Made by a program: the position numbers and the translations under genes. From assembly GCA_015662775.1 (NCBI GenBank), contig DQTL01000173.1, positions 1 to 57,611 on the forward strand: 57,611 nt of DNA. The letters run 5' to 3'. A model generated the notes under the pieces. It was given only the letters and a program-made list of their open reading frames with translations. It made no database searches and was not told the DNA's origin. Source of the DNA: Lutibacter sp. GTDB lineage: Bacteria > Bacteroidota > Bacteroidia > Flavobacteriales > Flavobacteriaceae. Shown in pieces: positions 26,494-35,851 of the stretch (positions are counted from its first letter, which is position 1; each line of letters opens with the position of its first letter).

Positions 26494-28696
26494 ATTTTCT
26501 CCTATTTGCTTTTACTAACTCTATTTTTTCTTTTGTGGTTTTTGTAGTAAACGTACCATAATTTATTAGAATACTTTTTTTATCAATTCGCTCAATAGTT
26601 CCTTGTGCCCTACTATCTATTAAACGCACAGTATCACCAATATTAAATATGTAGTTTGTTATTTTCTTGGCAATCTCTACCGCTTCCTTTTTCTTTTGCA
26701 CTCTTACTTTTACAACTTTATGTAAAACTTCTTTCTCTGTCTGCTTTAGAATATTCTTTTGTTTTGTCTTTTGTTGATTTTCAACTTTCTTTTCATTTTT
26801 GGTTTGCTTTTTCGGAGGATTCTTTTTAGTGTATTTTACTCGTTCCGTTTGCACCCACTTTAAAAAGTTATCATTGAGTTGTTTCTTATTGTTATTTTGA
26901 AAGTATTTATTGAGTAATTCATTAATCTCACGTCCGTATTGTAGCATTTTTTGATTGCTATCATAAAGCGTTTGAAATTGTTCTAATTTAGTCTGTATTT
27001 TTTGTTGTTTGTCAGTTAATTCTTGCGTTTTTTCTTGAGCCTTATCTTGTTCTTTATCTAAAGATTGGGTTTTACGTTGTAATTTATTCCGCTCAGTCTG
27101 TAATTTAGAAATTGTCTTATCTAATCTAATCTTAGATTGTGATACTCGCTTTTTTGCTCTATTTATAAGACTGTAAGGTATACCGTTTTGTATGGCTACC
27201 TCAAAAGTAAAGGAACTTCCCGCCTGCCCTGTATGCAACTCAAACAAAGGTTCATGACTTCGTTTATCAAATTGCATATTGGCGTTAGTCGCAAATTCTA
27301 ATTCGTCAGCTAGAGATTTTAAATTGGCATAATGCGTTGTAATGACTCCAAATGCTTTCTTATTATAGAAATCTTCCAAAAAAACTTCTGCTAAAGCTCC
27401 TCCTAATTCTGGATCACTTCCTGTTCCGAATTCATCAATTAAAAACAAAGTTCTATTGTCGCACTTTCGTAGAAAATGACCCATATTCTTTAATCGATAA
27501 CTATACGTACTCAGTTGATTTTCTATAGATTGATTGTCTCCAATATCTGTTAATATTGTTTTAAAAAATGACATTTTACTCTTTTCATCAACTGGAACAA
27601 GCAAACCACTTTGCAACATGACTTGTAACAAACCAATGGTTTTTAAAGTGATACTTTTTCCACCAGCATTAGGTCCTGAAATAACAATAATTTGCTGCTT
27701 TGTATTTAACTCGATTGTCTGAGGAATTGTTTTAATATTCTTATCCTTATTTTGTTTCCAAAGTATGGGATGATAGGCTTCTTTTAGAAAGATGGTTTTT
27801 TCTTTTACTAATTTAGGAAGCAAAGCATTCGTCGCATTTGCATATTTTGCTTTAGCTGCTGTTACATCTAAGTTTGTGAAATAGTGTTTATGTAAGATTA
27901 AGAGTTCTCGATACGGACGTAAATAATTTGTAATTTCTTTTAAAATACGAATTACTTCTTCCTTTTCTTCTAATTCTAACTCTTGTAATTCTCTAAGATA
28001 TTTTAAGGTCGCTTGTGGAGCTATGTAGACAATACTTCCTGTTTTTGAAGTTCCTAATAAAGAACCACTAATCTTTTTACGATGTTTTGCTTGAACCGCC
28101 AAAACACGTTTCCCTTCAACGACTGATTCTTTGATTACATCTAAATAATCTTTATCTAGGTATTGTTTTAAAGCTCTATTAAAACTCGCCCCAATTTGAC
28201 CTGATATTTTGTTAATTCCATTTCTGATACTTTGCAGTTCAAAAGATGCTTTATCAGCTACCTCGGCATATTTGGTGATTTTAGAAGTGATTAACTTGAT
28301 CAGTTCTTTATCTACAGCCATTTCTCTATTTTCCGTATATAAAAAAGGATAAATTTCTTTGAACTTTTTAAAGAAACGAGATAAGTCTAAAAGTGTTTGT
28401 GAGTTTACAGCAATCTCAAGTAAATCTTTGGCTTCTATAAAAGTATTTTCAATTTTTAATAAATGAATTGCATTCGAAATATCATAAAAATTATGATTGG
28501 GTATTAGATTGTTATTATCAAATGAAGAAAGATACTCATCAGTAAGATGTAAAGAATTTTCATTGGCATCTTTATCCGAAAACGGGATAATTTCATCTAT
28601 GCTAGCAATTCCTAATTCTGAAATAGCATAGGTCTTCACCTCGTCTAATACAAGATGAAATTCTAAATCATTTAATGTTTTTTTTGTTATTGACAT
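26492..28696 (-). CDS. mutS2: MutS2-family ATPase (no Smr domain evident)
   Basis: Walker A SGPNAGGKSITLKT, FLIDEFGTGSDP, TTHY. Long K/Q/E coiled region and a short C-terminal beta-rich tail. I prefer ATG 28696 (MSITKKTLNDLEFH) over the upstream TTG at 28753. Confidence 0.85.
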   Translation of the reverse strand: MSITKKTLNDLEFHLVLDEVKTYAISELGIASIDEIIPFSDKDANENSLHLTDEYLSSFDNNNLIPNHNFYDISNAIHLLKIENTFIEAKDLLEIAVNSQTLLDLSRFFKKFKEIYPFLYTENREMAVDKELIKLITSKITKYAEVADKASFELQSIRNGINKISGQIGASFNRALKQYLDKDYLDVIKESVVEGKRVLAVQAKHRKKISGSLLGTSKTGSIVYIAPQATLKYLRELQELELEEKEEVIRILKEITNYLRPYRELLILHKHYFTNLDVTAAKAKYANATNALLPKLVKEKTIFLKEAYHPILWKQNKDKNIKTIPQTIELNTKQQIIVISGPNAGGKSITLKTIGLLQVMLQSGLLVPVDEKSKMSFFKTILTDIGDNQSIENQLSTYSYRLKNMGHFLRKCDNRTLFLIDEFGTGSDPELGGALAEVFLEDFYNKKAFGVITTHYANLKSLADELEFATNANMQFDKRSHEPLFELHTGQAGSSFTFEVAIQNGIPYSLINRAKKRVSQSKIRLDKTISKLQTERNKLQRKTQSLDKEQDKAQEKTQELTDKQQKIQTKLEQFQTLYDSNQKMLQYGREINELLNKYFQNNNKKQLNDNFLKWVQTERVKYTKKNPPKKQTKNEKKVENQQKTKQKNILKQTEKEVLHKVVKVRVQKKKEAVEIAKKITNYIFNIGDTVRLIDSRAQGTIERIDKKSILINYGTFTTKTTKEKIELVKANRRK

Positions 28697-28821
28697 TGCT
28701 AATAATACCGCTAAGACGCAAAGGTGCAAAGCTCTTTTGTAAACACAGCACAAATAAACAAATAAACCTATAAACGAGTATACAAAATATCGTATTTTCG
28801 TAAATAATTAAACCTGAATAC

Positions 28822-29487
28822 ATGAATATCAATATAGAACCTAGTTGGAAAAAAGCCCTAACAAATGAATTTTCAAAGCATTATTTTACTGAGTTAATCT
28901 CTTTTGTGAAGTCTGAATACAACCAACACATCTGCTATCCCAAAGGAAAAGATATTTTTGCTGCTTTTGATAGTTGCTCAATTGATAATCTAAAAGTTGT
29001 AATAATCGGACAAGATCCGTATCATGGAGAAGGACAAGCAAACGGTTTGTGTTTTTCTGTTAAGGAAGGTATTAAGCATCCGCCTTCTCTTATAAATATA
29101 TTTAAAGAATTAGAAAAAGATATTGGAAAAGAATATCCTAAAAGTGGTGATTTATCGCATTGGGCAAAACAAGGCGTTTTATTAATCAATGCTACTTTAA
29201 CTGTACGAAATCACGAGGCAGGCTCACATCAAAAACAAGGTTGGGAGACTTTTACGGATGCTGTTATAAAACACATCTCTGACCATAAAGAAAATATCGT
29301 TTTTTTACTTTGGGGTGGTTTTGCTAAAAACAAAGGCAAACATATTGATGTAAATAAACACTTAGTTTTAAGTACAGGTCATCCTTCTCCACTTAGTGCT
29401 AACCGTGGCTATTGGTTTGGAAATAGACATTTTAGTAGGGTGAATGAGTATCTTAAAACAAACGGAATAGATGAGATTGTATGGTGA
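28822..29487 (+). CDS. ung: uracil-DNA glycosylase (family 1)
   Basis: VVIIGQDPYHG water-activating motif, GVLLINATLTV, HPSPLSA leucine-loop motif. Confidence 0.95.
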   Translation: MNINIEPSWKKALTNEFSKHYFTELISFVKSEYNQHICYPKGKDIFAAFDSCSIDNLKVVIIGQDPYHGEGQANGLCFSVKEGIKHPPSLINIFKELEKDIGKEYPKSGDLSHWAKQGVLLINATLTVRNHEAGSHQKQGWETFTDAVIKHISDHKENIVFLLWGGFAKNKGKHIDVNKHLVLSTGHPSPLSANRGYWFGNRHFSRVNEYLKTNGIDEIVW

Positions 29488-29601
29488 AGAACTTGACTTT
29501 GTCATTTTTTTTGTCGTACCTCGTTTATCAATTGATAAACACCATTGAAACGATTGTTATCCTAACGATAAACGAAAACTATAATCAGTAAAAAAAACAG
29601 T

Positions 29602-30402
29602 TTACCAAAACTTCTTCAATTTCCTTTTAGTCATATCTTGGTTAAATATCTCATCTAAAATTTGATAGAGTTCGGGATGTTTTCTTTTTAAAAGTTGCGG
29701 TCTTTCAAAAAAATACTCACTGATTACTGCGAAAAATTCGGCTCTATTAGTTGCCCCATAAGGGTTTATATCTGATTTGTTTTTATAGATTTCTTCTATC
29801 TTTTGGTTGATTAAATCTAACCAAGGAATGGTGTATTGTTTTTCTAAAAGTAAACTAGGAATACCATCAATGATATTATCAGACTTATCAATCAAATGGA
29901 CAAATTCATGAATAGCCGTATTTTTTTTATCTGATTCATTAGAAAAACCATGATGTAAAGCTGGTTTAGAAAGTATCATTTTTCCTTCCATAAAGCCTGT
30001 CCCAACCATACCAAGTGTTCTTCTCCCTTTACCTTCTGTTTGAAAATCTTCGTTAAACATAGCAGGGTACAATTGCACTACATTTAGGTTGTTATAACGC
30101 CAATTAGGGAAAGCAAAAATGGGAATAATAGCACTTGAAGCAACTAATAACTTATCTTTATCAGTGACAACTACATCAATGCCCATGATTTTATAGTTTA
30201 GTATAAATTCTTGAATTTTAAACTCAAATAGTTGTTTGTCTTTTGTGGAAAGTGATTGGTAGAAGACAACTTTTTCTTTTAAAATAGTTTTCCAATTTGA
30301 TGGGATAGACTCTTTTGGAATTTGCCATTTATTCCCGTAAAGAGATTTATAAATTACAATAAAGGATGCTACTAAAATAAGTAGTGCTATAAAACTAAAC
30401 AT
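29602..30402 (-). CDS. zinc-dependent peptidase, MtfA/M90-like, with N-terminal TM anchor
   Basis: HEFVHLID (HExxH) and downstream EFFAV motif typical of the MtfA family; ~265 aa. Confidence 0.7.
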   Translation of the reverse strand: MFSFIALLILVASFIVIYKSLYGNKWQIPKESIPSNWKTILKEKVVFYQSLSTKDKQLFEFKIQEFILNYKIMGIDVVVTDKDKLLVASSAIIPIFAFPNWRYNNLNVVQLYPAMFNEDFQTEGKGRRTLGMVGTGFMEGKMILSKPALHHGFSNESDKKNTAIHEFVHLIDKSDNIIDGIPSLLLEKQYTIPWLDLINQKIEEIYKNKSDINPYGATNRAEFFAVISEYFFERPQLLKRKHPELYQILDEIFNQDMTKRKLKKFW

Positions 30403-30470
30403 AAACTAAATTTCTAAAATAGTCCGTAAAAGTATTAATACAAACTACAAATTAAATTGGTGTAAAAAAA

Positions 30471-32078
30471 CTAGTATAAATCATCATCAAACAAAAAATC
30501 ATCTAAAAAATCATCATCGTCAAAATTATCATCCATAAAATCTTCAAAGTCTTCTAAACTAGGTTTTAATTTATCTTCATACTCAAACAAACTATTAATT
30601 GCTTCAGGTAGTAGGTTGATAATATCTGATGCCGTAAAGGTTTCCATATAACCCAAAGAGGCTGAGAAATCTGCCGTTCTCCCATGAATAAATACGCCAA
30701 ACAAGCTTGCTTGTAATGGTGTGTATGATTGTGCCAACAGACCTGTAATCAACCCTGTAAGAACATCTCCTGTTCCTGCAGTTGCTAAAGCAGGGTTTCC
30801 TGATGCATTAAAATAGAATTGGTCTTTTTTAACAACAACTGTGTTCGCTCCTTTTAAAACGACAATGCAATTGTATTTTTTTGAGAACAAAGCTATTTTT
30901 TCTAATTTGTCATAATCGTTTTTCCAATTCCCAATTAATCTTTCTAATTCTTTTGGATGTGGTGTTAGTATCGTGTCTTTTGGTAGATAATTTAGAAATT
31001 CTTTATTCTTTGAAAGAATATTTAATGCGTCTGCATCAATCACTAATGGTGTTGTATTTTCTTTTAAAAACTTCCCAAATGCTTTTGCTGTTTTATCTGA
31101 AGTTCCCATGCCTACACCTACTCCAATAGCTGTTGGTTTTACTTTGAAATTAAAAAATTCTAATTGGTCAGCTGAATCAACCTCTACCATGACTTCGGGT
31201 ATCGCCGTTTGTAAAATTGTGTAGCCACATTTTGGGATATAGGCTGTGACTAAACCACTTCCGATTTTCAAAGCTGCTTTTGTTGCTAAAACAGTCGCTC
31301 CTATTTTACCAAAACTACCTCCGATAATTAATGCGTGTCCAAAACTACCTTTATGTGAAAACCTAGTTCTATATTTAAAAAAAGATTCTATTGTTTTGGA
31401 AGTCGTGAAATGATAGTTTACTGAAATTTCATCGAGAAATTTTTCATCTAAACCTATATCAATGGTTAAAAATTCTTTTACATACTCTTCATTATCAGGC
31501 AATAAAAACGCTAATTTGGGCGATTGAAAAGTTAGCGTAAAAGCTGCTTTTACAACAACTTGATTGGCTTCTATTGGCTTATCAATATACAGACCAGAAG
31601 GCACATCTACGGAATAAACAGTTGCTCCTGATTTATTGATAAATGAAATTACCTCTTTTGCAATGCCTTTTGGTGGTTTGTTGAGTCCTAATCCAAAGAT
31701 GGCATCAATTACGATGTCGTCTTTATTTATTACTGGCATATCATCTAGTGAATGAACACTAGCAGCGTAAATTCCTGCGTCTTCTGCTCTTTGGTAATTT
31801 GTAACAAAATCATTTGACATAGTGTCTGAAAAATGTACCACAAAAGTACCTGTCATATAATCATCTTCATAAAGATATCTTGCTATTACCAGACCATCGC
31901 CTCCATTATTACCCATTCCACAGAAAACATGGATTTCTTTATCCTCAATATCTTGTTCTTCTATCCATTGCACACATCTAAAAGCGGCTCTTTCCATTAA
32001 ATCAATTGATGTTATGGGTTCATTTTTAATCGTTGCCTGATCGGCTAGTTTCATTTGTTTGGCATTGAGTATTTTCAT
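30471..32078 (-). CDS. nnr: bifunctional NAD(P)H-hydrate repair enzyme (epimerase + ADP-dependent dehydratase) with acidic C-terminal tail
   Basis: YjeF_N part: CGMGNNGGDGLVIAR. Carbohydrate-kinase part: KGSFGHALIIGGS and GNPALATAGTGDVLTG. Extra D/E/F-rich tail at the C-terminus. Confidence 0.9.
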   Translation of the reverse strand: MKILNAKQMKLADQATIKNEPITSIDLMERAAFRCVQWIEEQDIEDKEIHVFCGMGNNGGDGLVIARYLYEDDYMTGTFVVHFSDTMSNDFVTNYQRAEDAGIYAASVHSLDDMPVINKDDIVIDAIFGLGLNKPPKGIAKEVISFINKSGATVYSVDVPSGLYIDKPIEANQVVVKAAFTLTFQSPKLAFLLPDNEEYVKEFLTIDIGLDEKFLDEISVNYHFTTSKTIESFFKYRTRFSHKGSFGHALIIGGSFGKIGATVLATKAALKIGSGLVTAYIPKCGYTILQTAIPEVMVEVDSADQLEFFNFKVKPTAIGVGVGMGTSDKTAKAFGKFLKENTTPLVIDADALNILSKNKEFLNYLPKDTILTPHPKELERLIGNWKNDYDKLEKIALFSKKYNCIVVLKGANTVVVKKDQFYFNASGNPALATAGTGDVLTGLITGLLAQSYTPLQASLFGVFIHGRTADFSASLGYMETFTASDIINLLPEAINSLFEYEDKLKPSLEDFEDFMDDNFDDDDFLDDFLFDDDLY

Positions 32079-32081
32079 AAT

Positions 32082-32747
32082 TTATCTATAGGCTTTAATT
32101 AAGAATCTTTGTAAATTATTACTTACTTTATAATAATCAACTATTGTTTCTAGTAGATTGTCTTTTAGAATTATTTTGGGTGATAAAGCAGCTTCATAAT
32201 ACCATTGTTTATTATACAATAGGTTTTGTTGTTCAGCGGATTCCCTAAATTCTTTAGGAATACGTATGTGCTGCTTTCCTTTTATTATTCCATAATATTT
32301 GGTGAATTTTTTATCATTTATAATCTTGTCAAATTCTTTTGCATGAGAAATGATGTATTCTCTAGTTTGATAAACTTGTTTGGTATCTGGCATAAAAAGT
32401 CCTCCATAAACACCTAGCTTTTCTGGATTTAGCTCAATATATAATCCTGGGTAGGTTTTATCTTTTCTTCCTCCTTTAGAAATAATTGCTGAATTAAAAA
32501 GTTTATAAGGTGTCTTATCTTTTGAGAAACGCACATCTCTATTGATTCTGAATATTGCATTTTTGGGTTCTAATTGTATTTCTTTATCAATTGTTCCTAT
32601 CGCTTTTATTAAATCTCCTATAAAAAATTTGAAAGGTTCTCTTACCTCTTGTTCATATTCTTTACGGTTTTCATCAAACCAATCCTTGTGATTGTTTGCA
32701 GCAAGATTTTTAAAGAACTTTAAATATTTTTTTGTGAAGTATTTCAT
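32082..32747 (-). CDS. DUF2461 (TIGR02453) family protein
   Basis: FFKNLAANNHKDWFDENRKEYE and RINRDVRFSKDKTPYK signature stretches. Confidence 0.8.
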   Translation of the reverse strand: MKYFTKKYLKFFKNLAANNHKDWFDENRKEYEQEVREPFKFFIGDLIKAIGTIDKEIQLEPKNAIFRINRDVRFSKDKTPYKLFNSAIISKGGRKDKTYPGLYIELNPEKLGVYGGLFMPDTKQVYQTREYIISHAKEFDKIINDKKFTKYYGIIKGKQHIRIPKEFRESAEQQNLLYNKQWYYEAALSPKIILKDNLLETIVDYYKVSNNLQRFLIKAYR

Positions 32748-32792
32748 GTATTTATATTTTTAATTTATAATGAAAAGGTTTAATACAATCCC

Positions 32793-33527
32793 TTACTTTG
32801 GTGTTCCTAGTAAGTACAAGATAACACTTGGACCTGATTTAACTTTATTAATTTCCCAATCATAGCTTTTATGCTTGTCAATACTATTAACTAATTGATG
32901 CATTTCTTTGACAGAATACGTTCTTAATGAAGATACTAATCCATCCCATAAAACAAAAATCGGTACTATTGGTATTATATAGGTAAATAGTATTCTTCCT
33001 AATTTAAAAGGTCTAATAAAAGGTGTCATTAAAAGTACAGTAATCGGTGAAAAAAACATAGCGAACAAACTAATAAAACTTCTTTCTTGCCCTTCGAATA
33101 TGGCTATAGAGCTATTTGAATCAACCGCATTTTGTAAGGATAAAAACTGAGTTCGCAATCCTTTTAAATCTTTTGGCACATCCCTAGCATCGATAGGAGT
33201 TTTGATATAAGAAATATTTGATGCCTGTTTTGAAGTGTATTCAAAAGCAGTTGTATTTGGATAATAATCTGTTAAAACAATTTTAATATCAGGGTTGTTT
33301 TTTTTTAATTCTTCATTTAACCATAATAATCCACCGCCGCCACCTGAGCCTAAATCTAGGATTTGATTCATTCCTGCAACTTCTAAACCCTTTTCTAGAA
33401 CAGGAATTATAGGGTTATACATTTTTGACATATTCGATAAAAATTGTAAAAAATCAGTACCGTAATTTCTAAGGAATGATGGAAACCATTTTTGATCTTC
33501 AAATTCAAATAAATGTATTCTACTCAT
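32793..33527 (-). CDS. class I SAM-dependent methyltransferase-like protein with hydrophobic C-terminal half
   Basis: Motif I ILDLGSGGGGG. Residues ~150-200 are strongly hydrophobic (FISLFAMFFSPITVLLMTPF, FTYIIPIVPIFVLW). Confidence 0.6.
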   Translation of the reverse strand: MSRIHLFEFEDQKWFPSFLRNYGTDFLQFLSNMSKMYNPIIPVLEKGLEVAGMNQILDLGSGGGGGLLWLNEELKKNNPDIKIVLTDYYPNTTAFEYTSKQASNISYIKTPIDARDVPKDLKGLRTQFLSLQNAVDSNSSIAIFEGQERSFISLFAMFFSPITVLLMTPFIRPFKLGRILFTYIIPIVPIFVLWDGLVSSLRTYSVKEMHQLVNSIDKHKSYDWEINKVKSGPSVILYLLGTPK

Positions 33528-33578
33528 TCTGTAGTTTTTTAGATTAGTTAAAATTACTAAATTCTACAATAAGAGCGT

Positions 33579-35387
33579 CTAAAAAGTATAAGAAACTTCT
33601 GTCATAAAGTTAAAACCTGGCATGGGTACTAAGTTGGTTTCAGAATATGAGGTATTGAATATGTTATTCGCCTTTAGTTTTATTTCCCATTTATTGATTT
33701 CTGTATTTAAAGCAGCATCCAGTAAATGATAGTTTTGCCCATCTGTTCTTTCAGAATATCTATAACTAATAGTTTCACTTAAAAAAGAGAATAATTGAGT
33801 CGTAAAACTACTTACAAATTGGTGTTTATAAGAGTTAAGACTATACCTTGAAAAAAGGTATTCATTATTCTTTATTTGATCATCAATAAATGTATAGCCT
33901 ATATTTATTCTTTGAGGAAAGGAATTCAGTAGAAATTTATAACTTGATTCAAATTCAATTCCTTTTGTTTGTACTTCTGCTATGTTTTTGGCTTGCCATA
34001 AATCAATCTCTTCTGATTTTACCCAATCTATTAAATCTTTTGATGCTCTTTCGAAATAAGCCATGTTAATATTTATTTTATTGAAATTTGCATGTAATCC
34101 TACTTCTTTTGTCAGTGCTTTTTCTGGTTTTAAATTTGGGTTGCCTAGCTCAGTTCTACTGTTATAGTATAAATTTGTAAAAGTGGGAATTCTTGAAGTA
34201 TAACCCATGTCTGCATAAAGTTTAATATGATTTGAAATTTCAAATCCAATATTTAATCCTGGATAAGTAAAAAACCCAAAATCTGAATAATGAGCGATGG
34301 CAATACCAGGTGTGAAATCTAATTTGTTATCCAAATATTGAAAGCGATGTTCTGCAAATAAATTGGTTACTAATCTTTGTCTATTTCCTAAATTATTACT
34401 TTTTAGTGAAGCGTCGTAGATGTCTAAACCTAGACCTGTTGTGCCTATTTCACTATAAGAAGTAGCATTTAAACTTACTCCTAGTTTATTAGTAATATGT
34501 TTGTTTCTATAGATGCTTGGATCATTTCTAACCAACAAAAATAAATCTTGGTTTTGTCTCCAATAAACTGTGGGTTTTAACTTCCATTTCAATTTTGAAA
34601 AATTCCCTTTTACTGCAACTAGATTCGTTTGTGTTTCTTCGTATTGATCTATAAACTTAGGACTTGCATAAAAACCATTTGCTCCAAAATCTCTTTTTCC
34701 AAAAGAGGTGATTAAACTATAGTTCTTCCATTTGCCTTTTAAGAATATGTTTAAATTATCAAAATCTGTATTATACCTATAGCCTTCAGCTACTTGCTTC
34801 TGTATTTGCAATTGCAGGTCTCCTTCACCAATCTTTTGTTGCGTTTGAAATCCCACACCATAATTTTGAAATGAACCTAAGTTTAGTTTTAATTCTGTTT
34901 GATTTTGAACATAATTTTTAGTAATAATATTTATAGCCCCATTCATTGCATTTTGACCATATATCCTAGCTGCTGCACCTTTTATTAATTCTATTCGCTT
35001 GATATTATCAATATTTATCAATCCATTTAAAGTATGATGACCTGTTTGCGAATCATCCATTTTAATACCATCAATAAGCAGTAAGGTTTGATTGAAATTA
35101 CCACCTCTAATATATAAATCAGCTTGCATACCTTCAATGCCTTTTGTACGAATATCTACACCAATTACTAGTTGTAAAACCTCGGCAATAGTAGTAGCAG
35201 TAGATTTAGTTAATTCATCTGATGTTACAATTGAAATCGAGTGAGATGTTTTAGAAAAAGGAATTTCAATTCGTTGACTTTCAATTAGTACTTCTTCTAT
35301 TTTTTGAATAGAATCAATAGATTCTTGTGCAGTTAAGTTCAATTGAAATACAATAGAAAGAATAAAAATATGAAAGTATTTAAACAT
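33579..35387 (-). CDS. TonB-dependent outer-membrane receptor (small, BtuB/siderophore-receptor size)
   Basis: Signal peptide MFKYFHIFILSIVFQLNLTAQ, plug-domain motifs (IRGG, IDGIKMDD), terminal aromatic ...EVSYTF. The upstream TTG start at 35453 lies inside the rpoC-operon terminator. Confidence 0.88.
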   Translation of the reverse strand: MFKYFHIFILSIVFQLNLTAQESIDSIQKIEEVLIESQRIEIPFSKTSHSISIVTSDELTKSTATTIAEVLQLVIGVDIRTKGIEGMQADLYIRGGNFNQTLLLIDGIKMDDSQTGHHTLNGLINIDNIKRIELIKGAAARIYGQNAMNGAINIITKNYVQNQTELKLNLGSFQNYGVGFQTQQKIGEGDLQLQIQKQVAEGYRYNTDFDNLNIFLKGKWKNYSLITSFGKRDFGANGFYASPKFIDQYEETQTNLVAVKGNFSKLKWKLKPTVYWRQNQDLFLLVRNDPSIYRNKHITNKLGVSLNATSYSEIGTTGLGLDIYDASLKSNNLGNRQRLVTNLFAEHRFQYLDNKLDFTPGIAIAHYSDFGFFTYPGLNIGFEISNHIKLYADMGYTSRIPTFTNLYYNSRTELGNPNLKPEKALTKEVGLHANFNKININMAYFERASKDLIDWVKSEEIDLWQAKNIAEVQTKGIEFESSYKFLLNSFPQRINIGYTFIDDQIKNNEYLFSRYSLNSYKHQFVSSFTTQLFSFLSETISYRYSERTDGQNYHLLDAALNTEINKWEIKLKANNIFNTSYSETNLVPMPGFNFMTEVSYTF

Positions 35388-35439
35388 AGGTAGCCGTAGA
35401 TTAGAGGTAAGCAAAACTATAAAAACTAGCGTATATAAT

Positions 35440-35468
35440 AAAAAAAACACCAATAAATTATTGATGTT
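35440..35468 (-). terminator. intrinsic terminator of the rpoBC-DUF3467 transcript
   Basis: Minus-strand RNA ACAUCAAU-loop-AUUGGUGU (one G-U pair) followed by U8. On the plus strand the same position is a C-A mismatch. Confidence 0.7.
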
Positions 35469-35531
35469 TTTTTATTTTAAGACTAACAATTAGAGATTGA
35501 ATGAACAATCCATTCTTGTTTATTTAAGAAG

Positions 35532-35849
35532 CTAAGCTTGTCCTGTTGGTCCAAAATTCATGGGTATTGTAGGATGCTTGTCATAATCTTTAATTTCACC
35601 ATGTGCTTTTTCAAATTTATTAACATTATCTGCTAATGCTTTGAGTAAACGTTTGGCATGTTGTGGTGTCAAGATGATTCTTGATTTCACTTTTGCTTTG
35701 GGTCTACCGGGCATAATGGCTATGTAATCAATGACAAATTCAGTAACTGAATGATTGATAATTGCTAAATTAGAATAAATACCTTCTGCTATTTCTTCTG
35801 GTAATTCTATGTCTAATTTTCCTTCTTTTGGTTTATTTTGATTTTTCAT
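35532..35849 (-). CDS. DUF3467-family protein, co-transcribed with rpoC
   Basis: 105 aa. EIAEGIYSNLAIINHSVTEFVIDYIAIMPGRPKAKVKSRIILTPQHAKRL matches my recollection of DUF3467. Its start lies 2 nt after the rpoC stop. Confidence 0.7.
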   Translation of the reverse strand: MKNQNKPKEGKLDIELPEEIAEGIYSNLAIINHSVTEFVIDYIAIMPGRPKAKVKSRIILTPQHAKRLLKALADNVNKFEKAHGEIKDYDKHPTIPMNFGPTGQA

Positions 35850-35851
35850 AA

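Noticed and set aside
28697-28753. N-terminal extensions from longest-ORF starts: mutS2 TTG 28753, ggt ATG 10704 and the receptor TTG 35453.
   Set aside because: The extensions are hydrophobic or Cys-rich junk, or they overlap a neighbouring gene or terminator. The internal ATGs give canonical N-termini: the MutS2 MSITKK..LEF start and signal peptides for ggt and the receptor.
35388-35531. Cobalamin or other riboswitch in front of the BtuB-sized TonB-dependent receptor.
   Set aside because: The spacer is short, is occupied by the rpoC-operon terminator and lacks a B12-box-like sequence.
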